Below, piece after piece: positions 47,542 to 57,883 of a DNA stretch of 64,000 bases. The stretch lies in the NCBI GenBank assembly GCA_023657465.1, contig JAGTJX010000004.1, positions 154,904 through 218,903 of the forward strand, in the 5' to 3' direction. This DNA comes from Lysobacteraceae bacterium. GTDB taxonomy: Bacteria; Bdellovibrionota; UBA1018; JAGTJX01. The notes beneath the pieces were generated by a model. It made no database searches and was not told the origin of the DNA. It saw only the letters and a list, made by a program, of their open reading frames with translations. Made by a program: the position numbers and the translations under genes. Numbering within the stretch: position 1 is the stretch's first letter; every line of letters begins with the position of its first letter.

Positions 47542-48045
47542 ATGAACTACAAAATCAAAGTGACAGTGTTTGTGTTGATGTTATTCGCTGGAGTTGCTCA
47601 AGCAGCTCCTACTCAAATCAATGAAGGTGCGCTCAGTACCATCAGTTTAAACAAGCATGGATTAGGGCTTGTTCTGGGTAGTTCTCAAACGGGTATGCCG
47701 GTGGGTTCGATTTACGACAAAGAGAGATATTATCCAGAAGTTCAAACAATCATTAATAAGAAGATCATGGGAGCGATCGAAAAAGGCTTTCAGCCCACAG
47801 GTTATGAGACGCTTTCGGAGAGCCAAGTTTATACTTTGAGCCGTAACAACTACGAGTTGCTCCTCATTTCGGGATACACCGTTCGAGCGAGCGCTGAGAA
47901 AATGCAGATGACCTTCATCATTCCGATTGAAAGACTGCTTAACGATGTGAAGGGTTCTCGCATCAGAGATGGCTACGAATATTGGAAGAGTTTGGATGTT
48001 CATACTCTCGATTCCTTGTCTGAATCAGAGACCCGATTGAAGTAA
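47542..48045 (+). CDS. Secreted hypothetical protein
   Basis: Signal peptide MNYKIKVTVFVLMLFAGVAQA. Confidence 0.45.
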   Translation: MNYKIKVTVFVLMLFAGVAQAAPTQINEGALSTISLNKHGLGLVLGSSQTGMPVGSIYDKERYYPEVQTIINKKIMGAIEKGFQPTGYETLSESQVYTLSRNNYELLLISGYTVRASAEKMQMTFIIPIERLLNDVKGSRIRDGYEYWKSLDVHTLDSLSESETRLK

Positions 48046-48212
48046 AAAACCGTCGAACTTCTAAACAATGTTTAGTTCTTGTGCAGTATTTTAGCCTATT
48101 TTTTTAACTTGTTAGCGCGTGAATTAGGATAAATTATTGATATAAAAGACAAAAAATATATTTGAAATCTTAACAATTTTAGACCGATAATTGCATATCA
48201 TATTAGTCAGGT

Positions 48213-48431
48213 ATGAGTCGTTCGAGAATGTTGTACATCGCTGCGCTTGTGATCGGTTGGGCTGGACTTTGGTTCGGTAGACAAATGCCTCATGTCGTTC
48301 ACAAGGATTTGAAATCGAGTAATAGAGCACTAGCGGCAACAATTCCTAGCGCTGAAGCGGCTAAGATCGCACCTCAAGTCGAAGCCATAGAATCTTTGCC
48401 ACCCCCCATTGAAGTTGAAAAAATTCGTTGA
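48213..48431 (+). CDS. Small single-TM hypothetical protein
   Basis: MSRSRMLYIAALVIGWAGLWFG TM helix. An AT-rich promoter region lies upstream; the call is tentative. Confidence 0.3.
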   Translation: MSRSRMLYIAALVIGWAGLWFGRQMPHVVHKDLKSSNRALAATIPSAEAAKIAPQVEAIESLPPPIEVEKIR

Positions 48432-48444
48432 TACCCTTATCCAG

Positions 48445-50010
48445 ATGATCTTGCACCGCTCCTTGGTATTAGTATCAATAACCACTCTCTTTTCGGCCTG
48501 CGCCACATTCACCAAATCTAATGAAGTAGCTCCATTTGCTACTCCTGGGAAAGTCATTCCAGTTGCGGCACCCGTAGTCACAGAATCTTCGGGTTCTACT
48601 GACATGGTCGTGCTCGGTGTGAAGCTCAAAAACACTTCTTTTGATTATCCAGTAGTCATCAACCCTTTGGTTGAAGAATGGGTAGAGTATTTCACTGGCC
48701 GTGGTCGTCCTCACTTCGAGAGATACCTTGAGCGCTCAGAGCATTTTATTCCTTATATTTTGCCGATCTTAAAAGAGAAGGGTCTCCCTGGAGATCTCGT
48801 GTATCTCGCAATGATCGAAAGTGGATTTCATAACCACGCTAAATCTCACGCGAGAGCTGTGGGTACTTGGCAGTTTATTTCTGCTACAGGTAAGCGCTAC
48901 GGTTTGAAGATCAATTGGTGGGTGGATGAACGCCGTGACATTCAGAAGTCTACGATCTCAGCAGGAATGTATTTGAAAACTCTGCACGATCTCTTCGATA
49001 GCTGGGAATTAGCAGCTGCAGGATACAATTCAGGTGAATCAAAAATCGATCGCGCGATCAAGCGCTACGGAACGAGAGACTTCTGGAAGTTAGTGAGACA
49101 TAATTATCTCCGTCCAGAAACCAAAAATTACGTTCCTAAGATCATGGCAGCAGCGATTGTTGCTAAGAACAGAACTCAGTTTGGATTCCCTGAGAAGTAC
49201 AACTCGGCTCCTTCACTCGACGATGAGGCTCCTTCAGTGGATGACGAAGCGAACTTGGCTACTGTTGTTCTCGACAAAGACAAAAACGATGACGGCGTAG
49301 AAGACGACGAATTCCAAGCAGAAGATCTCGCAGACCTTCTTGAAGACGATGAGTTTAATCTTGAAGACGAAGATGATCTTCTTGCTAAGGCACAAGTGGC
49401 TCAAGCACCAGCGCTCTCACTTCCTAATATGCCTCACGTGAGCAAAAAGGGTGTCTTAGGCAGCGAGACGATTCTCGAATTTGAGATCCCTTCACCAGCA
49501 GATTTGCAAACCATTGCAAACGCCGCGGGACTTTCTTATCTCAGCGTCAAGAACCTCAATCCTGAAGTCTTGAGATGGTGTACGCCTCCGTCAGAGAGAA
49601 CTTACAAAATCAAATTACCGGCGAGTGTGAAAGATCGTTTCTTATCGACTTACAATCATCCTGCTTATCCAAGAGTTGTGAATTTCATGACTCACAAAAT
49701 TAAACGTGGCGAGACCTTAAGTGGAATCGCTGGTCACTACAAAATCAAAGTAGACCCGATCAAAGAACTCAATGCAGGCCGCAGTTTTGGAGTGGGAACA
49801 GAGCTAGTACTTCCAATGCCTACCGATAGAAATCGTAGCTACGCAAGTTTAGATCTTTACGATGCACCTGAGCGTAGTAGACGAGGTCGTAGATCGTCTC
49901 GTCGTCGCGGGATCGTCAGAAGAACTATAAAAAAAAGTTACTCCATCGGAGCGAAGCAGCGCAAGGCCGCTAGGTTACGGTACGAACGCGTGACAGCAGC
50001 CGGTACTTAG
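48445..50010 (+). CDS. mltD: MltD-like membrane-bound lytic murein transglycosylase lipoprotein with an acidic linker and C-terminal LysM
   Basis: Lipoprotein signal [22 protein letters not shown] catalytic region ES...[10 protein letters not shown], an acidic repeat region, and a LysM ([14 protein letters not shown]). The track start at 48409 is a TTG. Confidence 0.8.
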   Translation: MILHRSLVLVSITTLFSACATFTKSNEVAPFATPGKVIPVAAPVVTESSGSTDMVVLGVKLKNTSFDYPVVINPLVEEWVEYFTGRGRPHFERYLERSEHFIPYILPILKEKGLPGDLVYLAMIESGFHNHAKSHARAVGTWQFISATGKRYGLKINWWVDERRDIQKSTISAGMYLKTLHDLFDSWELAAAGYNSGESKIDRAIKRYGTRDFWKLVRHNYLRPETKNYVPKIMAAAIVAKNRTQFGFPEKYNSAPSLDDEAPSVDDEANLATVVLDKDKNDDGVEDDEFQAEDLADLLEDDEFNLEDEDDLLAKAQVAQAPALSLPNMPHVSKKGVLGSETILEFEIPSPADLQTIANAAGLSYLSVKNLNPEVLRWCTPPSERTYKIKLPASVKDRFLSTYNHPAYPRVVNFMTHKIKRGETLSGIAGHYKIKVDPIKELNAGRSFGVGTELVLPMPTDRNRSYASLDLYDAPERSRRGRRSSRRRGIVRRTIKKSYSIGAKQRKAARLRYERVTAAGT

Positions 50011-50024
50011 GCTATTTTCAGCCC

Positions 50025-51218
50025 ATGAGTATATGGGTACAGAAATACGGCGGTACCTCTGTCGGAACCCCTGAGCGCATCAAGCAAGTCGCAAAACGAA
50101 TCGCGAAAACTCACGAGTCAGGCAAGAAACTCGTCGTCGTTGTTTCCGCTATGGGATGCACAACTGATGACCTACTCAAGCTAGCAGCTGATATATCGAG
50201 CAAACCCGAACCCAGAGAAATCGACATGCTCCTCACCGCAGGTGAGCGTATCTCAATGGCACTCCTCTCGATGGCACTTGAAGATTTGGGTGTGCATGCA
50301 ATCTCGCTTACAGGATCTCAAAGTGGAATCATCACTGACGGAAGTCATAGGCGGGCTAAGATTAAAAAAATTCTAGGCGACCGAGTTCGCTCTTCCTTGG
50401 ATCAAGGAAAGGTCGTCATCGTAGCTGGATTCCAAGGTGTGAGTGAGGCGAAGGAGATTACGACTCTCGGTCGCGGTGGATCTGATACGACCGCTGTAGC
50501 ACTTGCTGCGGCTCTCGGAGCCGAGCAATGTGAGATCTACACAGATGTAGACGGAGTTTACTCTACAGACCCTAACCTCATTGCGAGTGCGAAGTTTTAT
50601 ACAAACGTGAGTTACGACTTCATGATCGAAATGTCGATGCGAGGAGCAGGAGTATTGCACCCGAGATGCGTGGGACTTGCTAAGAAGTACAAAGTTCCAG
50701 TCTCAGTGATTAATAGCTTAAAAGAAAATAGGGAGAAGAAAACCGTGATTACAGAAAACATGGAAGACGTAGGGATTGCAGGAGTCACTGGGGATGATGA
50801 GCAAGTATTAGTGCACATTGAGCTTGCGAGACCGACTGTTTTCTCAGCGCTCTTTGATTCGATGAAAGATTCAAATCTCCAGGCGCTGTCTCCAATTTAT
50901 TTTGGGAAGAATGTTTTGTTCTTCACGAATCAAGAGGGCATCCCTGTGCTGAAGAAAATTGTGTCTAAACTGCAGGCCGATGGCTTCATAGATTCAATCA
51001 AGATTCAGGATGAAATCGTACCTGTTTCTATTGTGAGTAATACAGTGGCACAGGGCGGCGAAATGGTGAGTAAAATCCTCAGTCTTCTTGCTGAAAACCA
51101 TATTCCTGTTACAGTATCTATGACTTCGCCATTATCGCTTTGTGTAGGTGTACAACGCACAAAAATGAAGGACGCATTGGAGATATTGCATGCAGAAATC
51201 AATGATCGTAGTCGGTGA
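50025..51218 (+). CDS. lysC: Aspartate kinase
   Basis: KYGGTSV N-terminus, an amino-acid kinase fold and C-terminal ACT domains. Confidence 0.9.
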   Translation: MSIWVQKYGGTSVGTPERIKQVAKRIAKTHESGKKLVVVVSAMGCTTDDLLKLAADISSKPEPREIDMLLTAGERISMALLSMALEDLGVHAISLTGSQSGIITDGSHRRAKIKKILGDRVRSSLDQGKVVIVAGFQGVSEAKEITTLGRGGSDTTAVALAAALGAEQCEIYTDVDGVYSTDPNLIASAKFYTNVSYDFMIEMSMRGAGVLHPRCVGLAKKYKVPVSVINSLKENREKKTVITENMEDVGIAGVTGDDEQVLVHIELARPTVFSALFDSMKDSNLQALSPIYFGKNVLFFTNQEGIPVLKKIVSKLQADGFIDSIKIQDEIVPVSIVSNTVAQGGEMVSKILSLLAENHIPVTVSMTSPLSLCVGVQRTKMKDALEILHAEINDRSR

Positions 51219-52323
51219 CGGTTTTTCAGCTCTCACCTCAGTTCTTCTTTCTTTAGAGAACATCGAGACTTGTTCAAATGTGGTTTGGATTTCAGGTACA
51301 GGTTCTAGGCTTGTTCCTCCAACTAATTCTATTGATATGGGCAAGGGCGCACTCATGCTTGAGAAGCTCATGCAGATCTACGGTATGGACTCAGAAGGTC
51401 TCATCCGTGGGAAGTTCTTAAGAGAGTTTAGAAACAAGTCCTTCCGTGAACCTGTGTGGAATGCAGCTCCAACTCCTGACTTCAAGCGCGAGTCGCTTCT
51501 GGAGTGGGTATCAGATGGAGAGATGCATCTCGTGTCCCTCTTCGAAGTGAAGTTCAATGAGTCGCTTTTAGAAGTGTTTGAGGCATTACGATCAATTGCT
51601 TTGAAACATGATCGCGTGAAGCGCTATGAAGGATTCCCAGTTAAAAAAATTGAAAATGCTCACGGACAGTACGCTGTCACTCTTGCAAACGGTGAGACTG
51701 TTTATGGAGAGTCGATGATCTATGCAGATCGACTTTCAAGCTTAAGAGATATTGAGACTGCGATGGTGATTCAAGTCGATGGTAAGAAGTTAAAGCCACT
51801 TGAGCTAGAGAGAAAATGTGATGCGAGATCTGTACTTCAGATCGAGATTGAGCACAAGACTCCGATTGGTTCGAAAGTGAACGAGCACTTCTTCACCGCT
51901 CTTCACCATGAATCTGACGATACATACAATCATCAGGTTTGGGGTTACTTCACTGAAGATGGTAAGCGCAGTATCTGGAGTGTGGTTCTTGCTCCAGGAG
52001 ATGCAGATGATAATCATCAAATAAGCAAGCGCTTGCGCAGAATGAAGCAAGCTCTTAATAAAACCTTTTCTGAAGGCTGGCTACCAGAAGGCGTGCAGAC
52101 GTTCACGGACATCATCTCAAAAGAGAACGTTCGCATGGAAGATGCCATTTTGTTTTCAAAAGTAGAACCTTTTGATTCTCCACTCATGATTGAGTGTGAG
52201 GCTGGTAAGATTCCTCTCTTCACTGATGGTTTCGGAATGAGTTTTGCGATTCAATCAGCGGCGGAGACTGTGCTAGGGAATCTCCTCGCAGCCAATACCA
52301 ACGGCGTAATCAGTTTAGGATGA
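51190..52323 (+). CDS. Hypothetical protein with an N-terminal Rossmann-like GxGxxA motif
   Basis: [14 protein letters not shown] dinucleotide-binding-like start. It overlaps the lysC end by 29 nt. Family unknown. Confidence 0.4.
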   Translation: MQKSMIVVGDGFSALTSVLLSLENIETCSNVVWISGTGSRLVPPTNSIDMGKGALMLEKLMQIYGMDSEGLIRGKFLREFRNKSFREPVWNAAPTPDFKRESLLEWVSDGEMHLVSLFEVKFNESLLEVFEALRSIALKHDRVKRYEGFPVKKIENAHGQYAVTLANGETVYGESMIYADRLSSLRDIETAMVIQVDGKKLKPLELERKCDARSVLQIEIEHKTPIGSKVNEHFFTALHHESDDTYNHQVWGYFTEDGKRSIWSVVLAPGDADDNHQISKRLRRMKQALNKTFSEGWLPEGVQTFTDIISKENVRMEDAILFSKVEPFDSPLMIECEAGKIPLFTDGFGMSFAIQSAAETVLGNLLAANTNGVISLG

Positions 52324-52859
52324 TGAGACTGTAGAGTTTCTATTGCATCAGTAATAGTCCTCCCTGTTGTAGAGAAATCATCTGAAACGATCACCGATTC
52401 ACCCATAATACATCTTGCTTGAGAATTAACTCTAAAACTATTTTCCTGGATCATGCGATCGAGTAGGGACTGAGTTGCTTTTCTTTCGGTCTCTTCTGTT
52501 TTTAATTCTAGAGCATTGAGAATAGGCACTTGAAAAAATTTTGAGAGGAGTTGAGAGAACCTCTGAGAAGATCCGCCTCGCATATTCCATTGTCTGGAGA
52601 ACCTCTGAGGGATGGGAATGATGTACTTAGGCTTGATCTCGCAACGATTCATTGATTGCAGTCGTTTGATGATGAGTTTGTCCCAAGCGCTTCCTCCACT
52701 TTTCTTCCAGACTTTCAGTAGTGGATAATTAAAATCTGTGATCGTGAAGAGTGCAGGGGCGTGAGGAGGACAGGAATCCAGTGACTCATAGCAAATCTCG
52801 CAGAGTGGGAAAAATAGTATGAAAGTGAGCGCATCTCCACAGCCTGGACATTGGATCAT
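52251..52859 (-). CDS. comF: ComF-family protein (double zinc ribbon plus phosphoribosyltransferase domain)
   Basis: An N-terminal CPGCG...CEIC zinc ribbon and the PRTase motif VIVSDDFSTTGRT. Confidence 0.7.
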   Translation of the reverse strand: MIQCPGCGDALTFILFFPLCEICYESLDSCPPHAPALFTITDFNYPLLKVWKKSGGSAWDKLIIKRLQSMNRCEIKPKYIIPIPQRFSRQWNMRGGSSQRFSQLLSKFFQVPILNALELKTEETERKATQSLLDRMIQENSFRVNSQARCIMGESVIVSDDFSTTGRTITDAIETLQSHHPKLITPLVLAARRFPSTVSAAD

Positions 52860-52920
52860 GAGTGTAAGGGATGCAATCTCTGTGCAAGCCCGGCGTCTTC
52901 CATGTTAGGATTGGGGCTCA

Positions 52921-53451
52921 ATGAATGCCGCTTTTAAAACTACAGGACTGAAATTCAGACTCATACTGAGCATTCTCTTTTTGTTTCCAGCGACCTCACA
53001 AGCCATCGACATTAATTGGCTCCACTTCAGAGGTGCTGGAGTGCTCATGTTACAAAACGGCGGGAACCTTGTCACAGGATCCTTGTCTTGGAATCCGCTC
53101 ATCTCAATTCAGTCCTTAGATACTTCAATCAGAGATTTGTTTGGTATCAGGCTTCATGCCGGAGCCATGGGAATCAAAAACCCATCAAATGAATACTCGT
53201 TTGCACTAGACTACCAAGCGCTCTGGGCAACTCGGTTTGAGACGATGTCCTTCGAAATTGGCCCTGGGGTTCAGAACTTCGTCGCCCAAGGGGGCTCGCG
53301 TATGACCGTAAATTCGAACTTGGACATGGATTTTGGGTTCTCAAGAGGTATCATGAGGGCATTAAGGCAGCTCGTGATCGGATATTCTGCTGTCATCGAC
53401 AATACGTACTTCACACATCAAGTCAGATTAGGTATTGGCATTCAACTGTGA
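52921..53451 (+). CDS. Secreted hypothetical protein, possibly a small beta-barrel outer membrane protein
   Basis: Signal peptide ...FPATSQA and alternating hydrophobic beta-strand-like segments. Confidence 0.4.
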   Translation: MNAAFKTTGLKFRLILSILFLFPATSQAIDINWLHFRGAGVLMLQNGGNLVTGSLSWNPLISIQSLDTSIRDLFGIRLHAGAMGIKNPSNEYSFALDYQALWATRFETMSFEIGPGVQNFVAQGGSRMTVNSNLDMDFGFSRGIMRALRQLVIGYSAVIDNTYFTHQVRLGIGIQL

Positions 53452-55256
53452 TCTTAATCAATGCCCACGAGCTTCGTAAATCTTTCACCGCTAGACCTCT
53501 GTTTAATGGTCTGACCTTCACCATTGAATCTAAAGACCGTATTGGTCTCATTGGGCCAAATGGCGCGGGCAAGTCCACACTCATGAAGATCCTCATCGGT
53601 AAAGAGCAACCTGACTCAGGCACGCTCTCGATCAGATCGGGTACTAAGATTGCATACCTAGAACAGAAACCTACGCTCGACCAAGACACAACTGTGTATG
53701 CGACTCTCATGGAAGGCTCGCACGACGCTTACGACTGGCAGGAGATGTCGAGAGCTGACGCTCTGATCTCTAGGCTGGGACTTGATGGCGACGCTGTCGT
53801 GGGCAATCTCTCAGGCGGTTGGCAGAAGCGCGTGGCGCTGGGGCGTGAGCTCATGAAGCAGCCTGATCTACTCCTACTCGATGAGCCTACCAACCATCTC
53901 GATGTCGAGAGCATCATGTGGCTTGAAGATTTCTTAGAGCAATCTTCATTTGCAGTACTCACGATCACGCACGATCGTTTGTTCTTAAACCGCGTATCGA
54001 ATCGAATCATGGAACTCGATCGCAGGAACCCGGGCGGCATTCTCTGTGTCGAGGGAGATTACACGAAGTACTTGGAAGCCAAAGAAGAGCGCATCCACAA
54101 TCAAACCGAACGCGAAGTGAGATTGAAGAACGTTTTAAGACGCGAGACCGAGTGGTTGAGACGTGGAGCTAAGGCTCGTACGACGAAGCAACAAGCGCGA
54201 ATTCAACGTCATGGTGAACTCTCCAGTGAAGTGAATGAACTCAGTGATCGTAACAAAACCCAAAAAGTCAGAATGGACTTTGGCGCTGCTGAGAAGAACC
54301 CAAAGCGACTCATTGAAGCTTTGAAAGTTTCTAAGTCGTATGATGGCAATCTCGTCGTTCCAGAGCTCACACTCTTACTCACTCCACACAGCAGACTAGG
54401 ACTTCTCGGTCGAAACGGATCGGGTAAGTCGACGCTGATTAAACTGTTATTAGGCAGGGAGACTCCAGATCAGGGTGTTGTGAAACATGCCGACGCTCTC
54501 CAAGTTGCTTATTTCGAGCAGAATCGCGAAAGTCTAGATCCTAAGAAAACACTTCTTAAGACTTTATGCCCAACAGGTGACTACGTAGACTTCCAAGGCC
54601 GTCCTGTGCACATCAAGGGTTACCTCGATCGATTCAAATTCACTCCTGAACAAATGGACATGGAAGTAGGCAAGCTTTCAGGCGGTGAACAGGCAAGAAT
54701 TCTCATTGCGAAGCTCATGCTCCGTCCTGCAAACGTTCTTGTTCTTGATGAACCAACTAACGACCTCGATATGGAGACGCTCGATGTCCTTCAGGATGTC
54801 TTGGCTGAATTCAATGGCTCCGTCATTCTGGTTTCTCACGACAGGTTTTTCTTAGATTCTGTTTCTACCGACATCATTGCTATCGGCCCTGGAGAAAGTG
54901 GCGATAAGGAAATCCTGACGTTCAAGGGAGTTCTTCAGTGGGAAGAGTGGAAGCGTTCTGTTGGGATCAAAGAAACTAAGAAGAAGAACGTGAATCAAAA
55001 CTTAGACAAAGTCACAACAGCTCCTGGTAAGAAGAAAAAACTCTCGTTTACTGAACAGCATGAGTTCGACAAGATGGATGCAACCATTAAAGCAGCAGAA
55101 AAGAAATTAGAAGACATCGTGACGGAAAGTCACTCTCCCGAAGCAGCCGGATACTCAGTGAAGAAGCTCCAAGAGATCAGCGCTCAGATTGCACTCGCTC
55201 AGAAGGAAGTCGACCGACTCTATGCGAGATGGGAAGAACTCGAAGCGAAGAAGTAG
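53448..55256 (+). CDS. uup: ABC-F family ATPase (Uup-like, two ABC domains plus C-terminal coiled-coil)
   Basis: Two Walker A motifs (GPNGAGKST, GRNGSGKST) and two LSGG signatures without TM domains, plus a lysine-rich coiled-coil tail. The GTG start overlaps the previous stop. Confidence 0.9.
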   Translation: MILINAHELRKSFTARPLFNGLTFTIESKDRIGLIGPNGAGKSTLMKILIGKEQPDSGTLSIRSGTKIAYLEQKPTLDQDTTVYATLMEGSHDAYDWQEMSRADALISRLGLDGDAVVGNLSGGWQKRVALGRELMKQPDLLLLDEPTNHLDVESIMWLEDFLEQSSFAVLTITHDRLFLNRVSNRIMELDRRNPGGILCVEGDYTKYLEAKEERIHNQTEREVRLKNVLRRETEWLRRGAKARTTKQQARIQRHGELSSEVNELSDRNKTQKVRMDFGAAEKNPKRLIEALKVSKSYDGNLVVPELTLLLTPHSRLGLLGRNGSGKSTLIKLLLGRETPDQGVVKHADALQVAYFEQNRESLDPKKTLLKTLCPTGDYVDFQGRPVHIKGYLDRFKFTPEQMDMEVGKLSGGEQARILIAKLMLRPANVLVLDEPTNDLDMETLDVLQDVLAEFNGSVILVSHDRFFLDSVSTDIIAIGPGESGDKEILTFKGVLQWEEWKRSVGIKETKKKNVNQNLDKVTTAPGKKKKLSFTEQHEFDKMDATIKAAEKKLEDIVTESHSPEAAGYSVKKLQEISAQIALAQKEVDRLYARWEELEAKK

Positions 55257-55432
55257 CACAGCTTTTTTTAGTCCAGACTTTGGACGTGAAGTCTGATCTT
55301 CGAACAGAAATTAATCCATATTCAATAAAACATAGTTTAGCTCGGCATAGTTTTTGTACTTAGGAGTGCAGCCAAACTGAGCAGAGTGAGTGTGAAGAGA
55401 GAGTGGCATTGCCATTTTATTTGAGCACTTTG

Positions 55433-55456
55433 GCTCCTTTCCAAAAGAAAGGAGGT
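55433..55456 (+). promoter_or_regulatory. SD-sequestering hairpin in the 5' UTR of the small ORF
   Basis: CTCCTTTC (55434-55441), loop caaaa, then GAAAGGAG (55447-55454). This perfect 8-bp stem places the whole AAGGAGG Shine-Dalgarno in the 3' arm. Confidence 0.6.
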
Positions 55457-55460
55457 CTTT

Positions 55461-55595
55461 ATGGATGATAACGAGTTTGCCAACCGTTATTATACGTATC
55501 GTACGCAGTTAGAGAAACTTAAGCAGAAAACATGGCTCCTGATCGTCATAGCCCGCTTTCTGTTGTTTCTCATTGCACTTGCTCATCGTTTTTAG
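55461..55595 (+). CDS. Small membrane peptide (44 aa), candidate type I toxin-like ORF
   Basis: ATG at 55461 with SD AAAGGAGG 7 nt upstream. MDDNEFANRYYTYRTQLEKLKQKTWLLIVIARFLLFLIALAHRF has a polar N-terminus and a C-terminal TM helix. It is absent from the ORF track because it falls under the length cutoff. Confidence 0.45.
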   Translation: MDDNEFANRYYTYRTQLEKLKQKTWLLIVIARFLLFLIALAHRF

Positions 55596-55709
55596 GTGAG
55601 CCACTATAAATGACGATAGTGACGAGGCCTAGGGATACAGCGTAAACCTGGAGCTTTCATGATGAGGTCTGCTTGGTTTGGTCCAACTAAACATTAATTC
55701 CTGCAGCCC

Positions 55710-55800
55710 ATAGTACCTGATTAAATGGAATTTCTATCTGGAAGAAGAGTGGGCGGAGTTGGGAGCGTTCTTTCATAGAAATGAAAACGCCCGAAAGTGA
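55710..55800 (+). repeat. Intergenic repeat family copy R4 (core plus hairpin)
   Basis: Core TACCTGATTAAATGGA at 55714-55729, then GGGCGG..GGAGCGTTCTTTCATAGAAATGAAAACGCCCGAAAGT. It is about 75-80% identical to R2 over ~95 nt. Confidence 0.8.
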
Positions 55801-55828
55801 ATTATGTAATCAGAGCAATGTAGTGCTC

Positions 55829-56764
55829 TTATTCATCATTTCGTCCTACTGAGTGAAAAGCAGACCCTGGCGCAAAAATTGCTAACCACCTGAGCCAGGC
55901 CGCTAAACCTGTTCCTTGGAATAGCCCTTCTGCCTCTCCTACTGTTGCAAGCGGAGTGAGGTTATCACCTGAAGTGATCAATGCTTTCAACGCAATGTCC
56001 GCATTGTATTCCGCTGTACTTAATGATTTCTGTGATTCAGAGCCAAACGCGGCTCCTTGTGCAGCTAGAGCGAGGTCTAGACGAATTTTGTTATTTTCAT
56101 CTCCAAAAGCATCAACTATGAAAGCCCGTTTTGGGTCTCTTCCTATTGTAGTGGATTTAAACTGATAGCCCAATTGCGAAAGCCATGCAGCTAATGCTGA
56201 TGATGTCTTTCTTGCATGAAAAGCAGTCATCCAAAAGTGGTAGGGCTTAGAGTTATCAAAGCTGATCTTCACATTTTTAGGAATTGAGTAAAGCTGCTGA
56301 AATCGTATTTGAGCGCTAGCATCGAGAACAGAAACACCTAATGCAAGAATTTGAAAAAAGATGCCTGTATATTTTCTTGTGTCTTTAAATGAAGATGAAA
56401 AACCGCGGAGTCTAAGGTTGATATTAGGGCCTCCAGTTGAGAGAATAGCTAACGCTTCCCAAGAGTATTGATATGCCTCATCGTCTGTAGCGCCTGCTTT
56501 CTTCATATTACTTTGCATATCTAAGAAAAAATCCGAGCTTCTAGTCAATGAACCAGTTTTAATTTTTTCGAAGATCTCAAGAGTCATCAGGCGAATTCCT
56601 TCAATCATGACAGGGTTTTGGTACATCCCTATGATTTCATTTAACAGAGTGATTGGAGGCTGAGAGGTTGGAGACATATCATTCAATATTTTTTGTAATG
56701 CCCTTTTACAGGACTCGATTTTAAGAAGAGACCCATGAAGAGTGCAGAGGCCATAGAGGTGCAA
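55829..56764 (-). CDS. Hypothetical protein
   Basis: 311-aa ORF, probably co-transcribed with the upstream secreted protein. Unknown family. Confidence 0.45.
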   Translation of the reverse strand: MHLYGLCTLHGSLLKIESCKRALQKILNDMSPTSQPPITLLNEIIGMYQNPVMIEGIRLMTLEIFEKIKTGSLTRSSDFFLDMQSNMKKAGATDDEAYQYSWEALAILSTGGPNINLRLRGFSSSFKDTRKYTGIFFQILALGVSVLDASAQIRFQQLYSIPKNVKISFDNSKPYHFWMTAFHARKTSSALAAWLSQLGYQFKSTTIGRDPKRAFIVDAFGDENNKIRLDLALAAQGAAFGSESQKSLSTAEYNADIALKALITSGDNLTPLATVGEAEGLFQGTGLAAWLRWLAIFAPGSAFHSVGRNDE

Positions 56765-56788
56765 AGCAGGTGGGCTGATCTTCTCTTT

Positions 56789-57283
56789 TTACTTTTTGAG
56801 GAAGGCTAAAAAGTACTCATAGAGCTCAGTTTTTTTCGCGGGAAGCGTTGTAAATTTTGTTTTTTTACTGAGTACCATTTCGATACTTTTCCAATCGATG
56901 GGATCTGGGTTTGAAAAATAAAACTGTTGATCAAATGCAAAACGTCGAATTTTCTCTATCGGAATCAATGATAGCTGCCATGTTGTGATTTTAGTGGATT
57001 TAAAAATTTTAGGATTAAATGTTTCAGGTGAATGAAAGATTGATTCAAGTGTTCCATCTTTGAGCCCAAAAACAGTATCTTGCCCAGATAAAACGACAGA
57101 TCGGGCAAAAGAACTGATCTCAATGTTTTTTATATCCTCTTGAAGAGTTGCTAAGGTTGTCTTACCCAGGAGACTTGAGCAAAGTTTTCTTGTTCCCTCA
57201 TAAATACCCCGCGGGTAAGAAGGTAAGTCTGTACCTGCAATAAGTGAGGTAAAGAATATAAGCTTTAGAATGATCAAGATCAT
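56789..57283 (-). CDS. Secreted hypothetical protein
   Basis: Signal peptide MILIILKLIFFTSLIAG. It appears AT-rich by eye. Confidence 0.45.
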   Translation of the reverse strand: MILIILKLIFFTSLIAGTDLPSYPRGIYEGTRKLCSSLLGKTTLATLQEDIKNIEISSFARSVVLSGQDTVFGLKDGTLESIFHSPETFNPKIFKSTKITTWQLSLIPIEKIRRFAFDQQFYFSNPDPIDWKSIEMVLSKKTKFTTLPAKKTELYEYFLAFLKK

Positions 57284-57424
57284 GTTTTATTATCGTCAAA
57301 ATGATAGCTAAACTAAAATGGTTTTCACGCATATCCATCAGTATCATTAGATTCTGGTGTGGATCTGTAACTTTTTATTGTGGACCTTCTATTCAATAAA
57401 ACTCATTCTGCGGCACTCACTTTT

Positions 57425-57580
57425 ACCGGAAATATTTGCTAATATTTTCATTAAGCGTTTTAGTTGATCTGGCGGTTTTTGAAATCGAGTCTACCTGATT
57501 AAATGGACACTCTATAATAGAGGAGGAGTGTCTTTTAGTGAACGATACTTCATAGGAATTTGAGGGACTTAATGCCAATT
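57425..57580 (+). repeat. Intergenic repeat family copy R5 (5' module plus core plus degenerate hairpin)
   Basis: TTGCTAATATTTTCATTAAGCGTTTTAGTTGATCTGGCG is followed by the core TACCTGATTAAATGGA at 57492-57507, then ..ATAGAGGAGGAGTG..CTTCATAGGAATTTGAGGG. Confidence 0.75.
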
Positions 57581-57883
57581 CAAAGACTCTTTTCTAAGGC
57601 TCTTACCTTCTTAAATCTTAGAAAAATTGGCCTGGCTGACCCTAGTCATTCCATTGCTCAGTGTTTGTGCCAAAACATTTTCCACTCAAAACGACAACAT
57701 CATTAAAAATACAAAAGTAATTTTCATTTTATTTACCCCTTATGAAAATTGCTAACCGTACTGAGTTATGATTGCGCGGCTTGCAGCAGCTCAATCACAA
57801 CTGAAAAAAGTCAAATGAGACACACCCAGTAACGTGTCAACTCAGACACTTTGTAAATAGTATACCAAAAATGATACCATATA

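Noticed and set aside
55875-57752. 13-mer AAAATTGCTAACC shared between 55877 (inside a CDS) and 57740 (intergenic)
   Set aside because: Isolated exact 13-mers are expected by chance many times in a 64 kb window, and there is no extended similarity.
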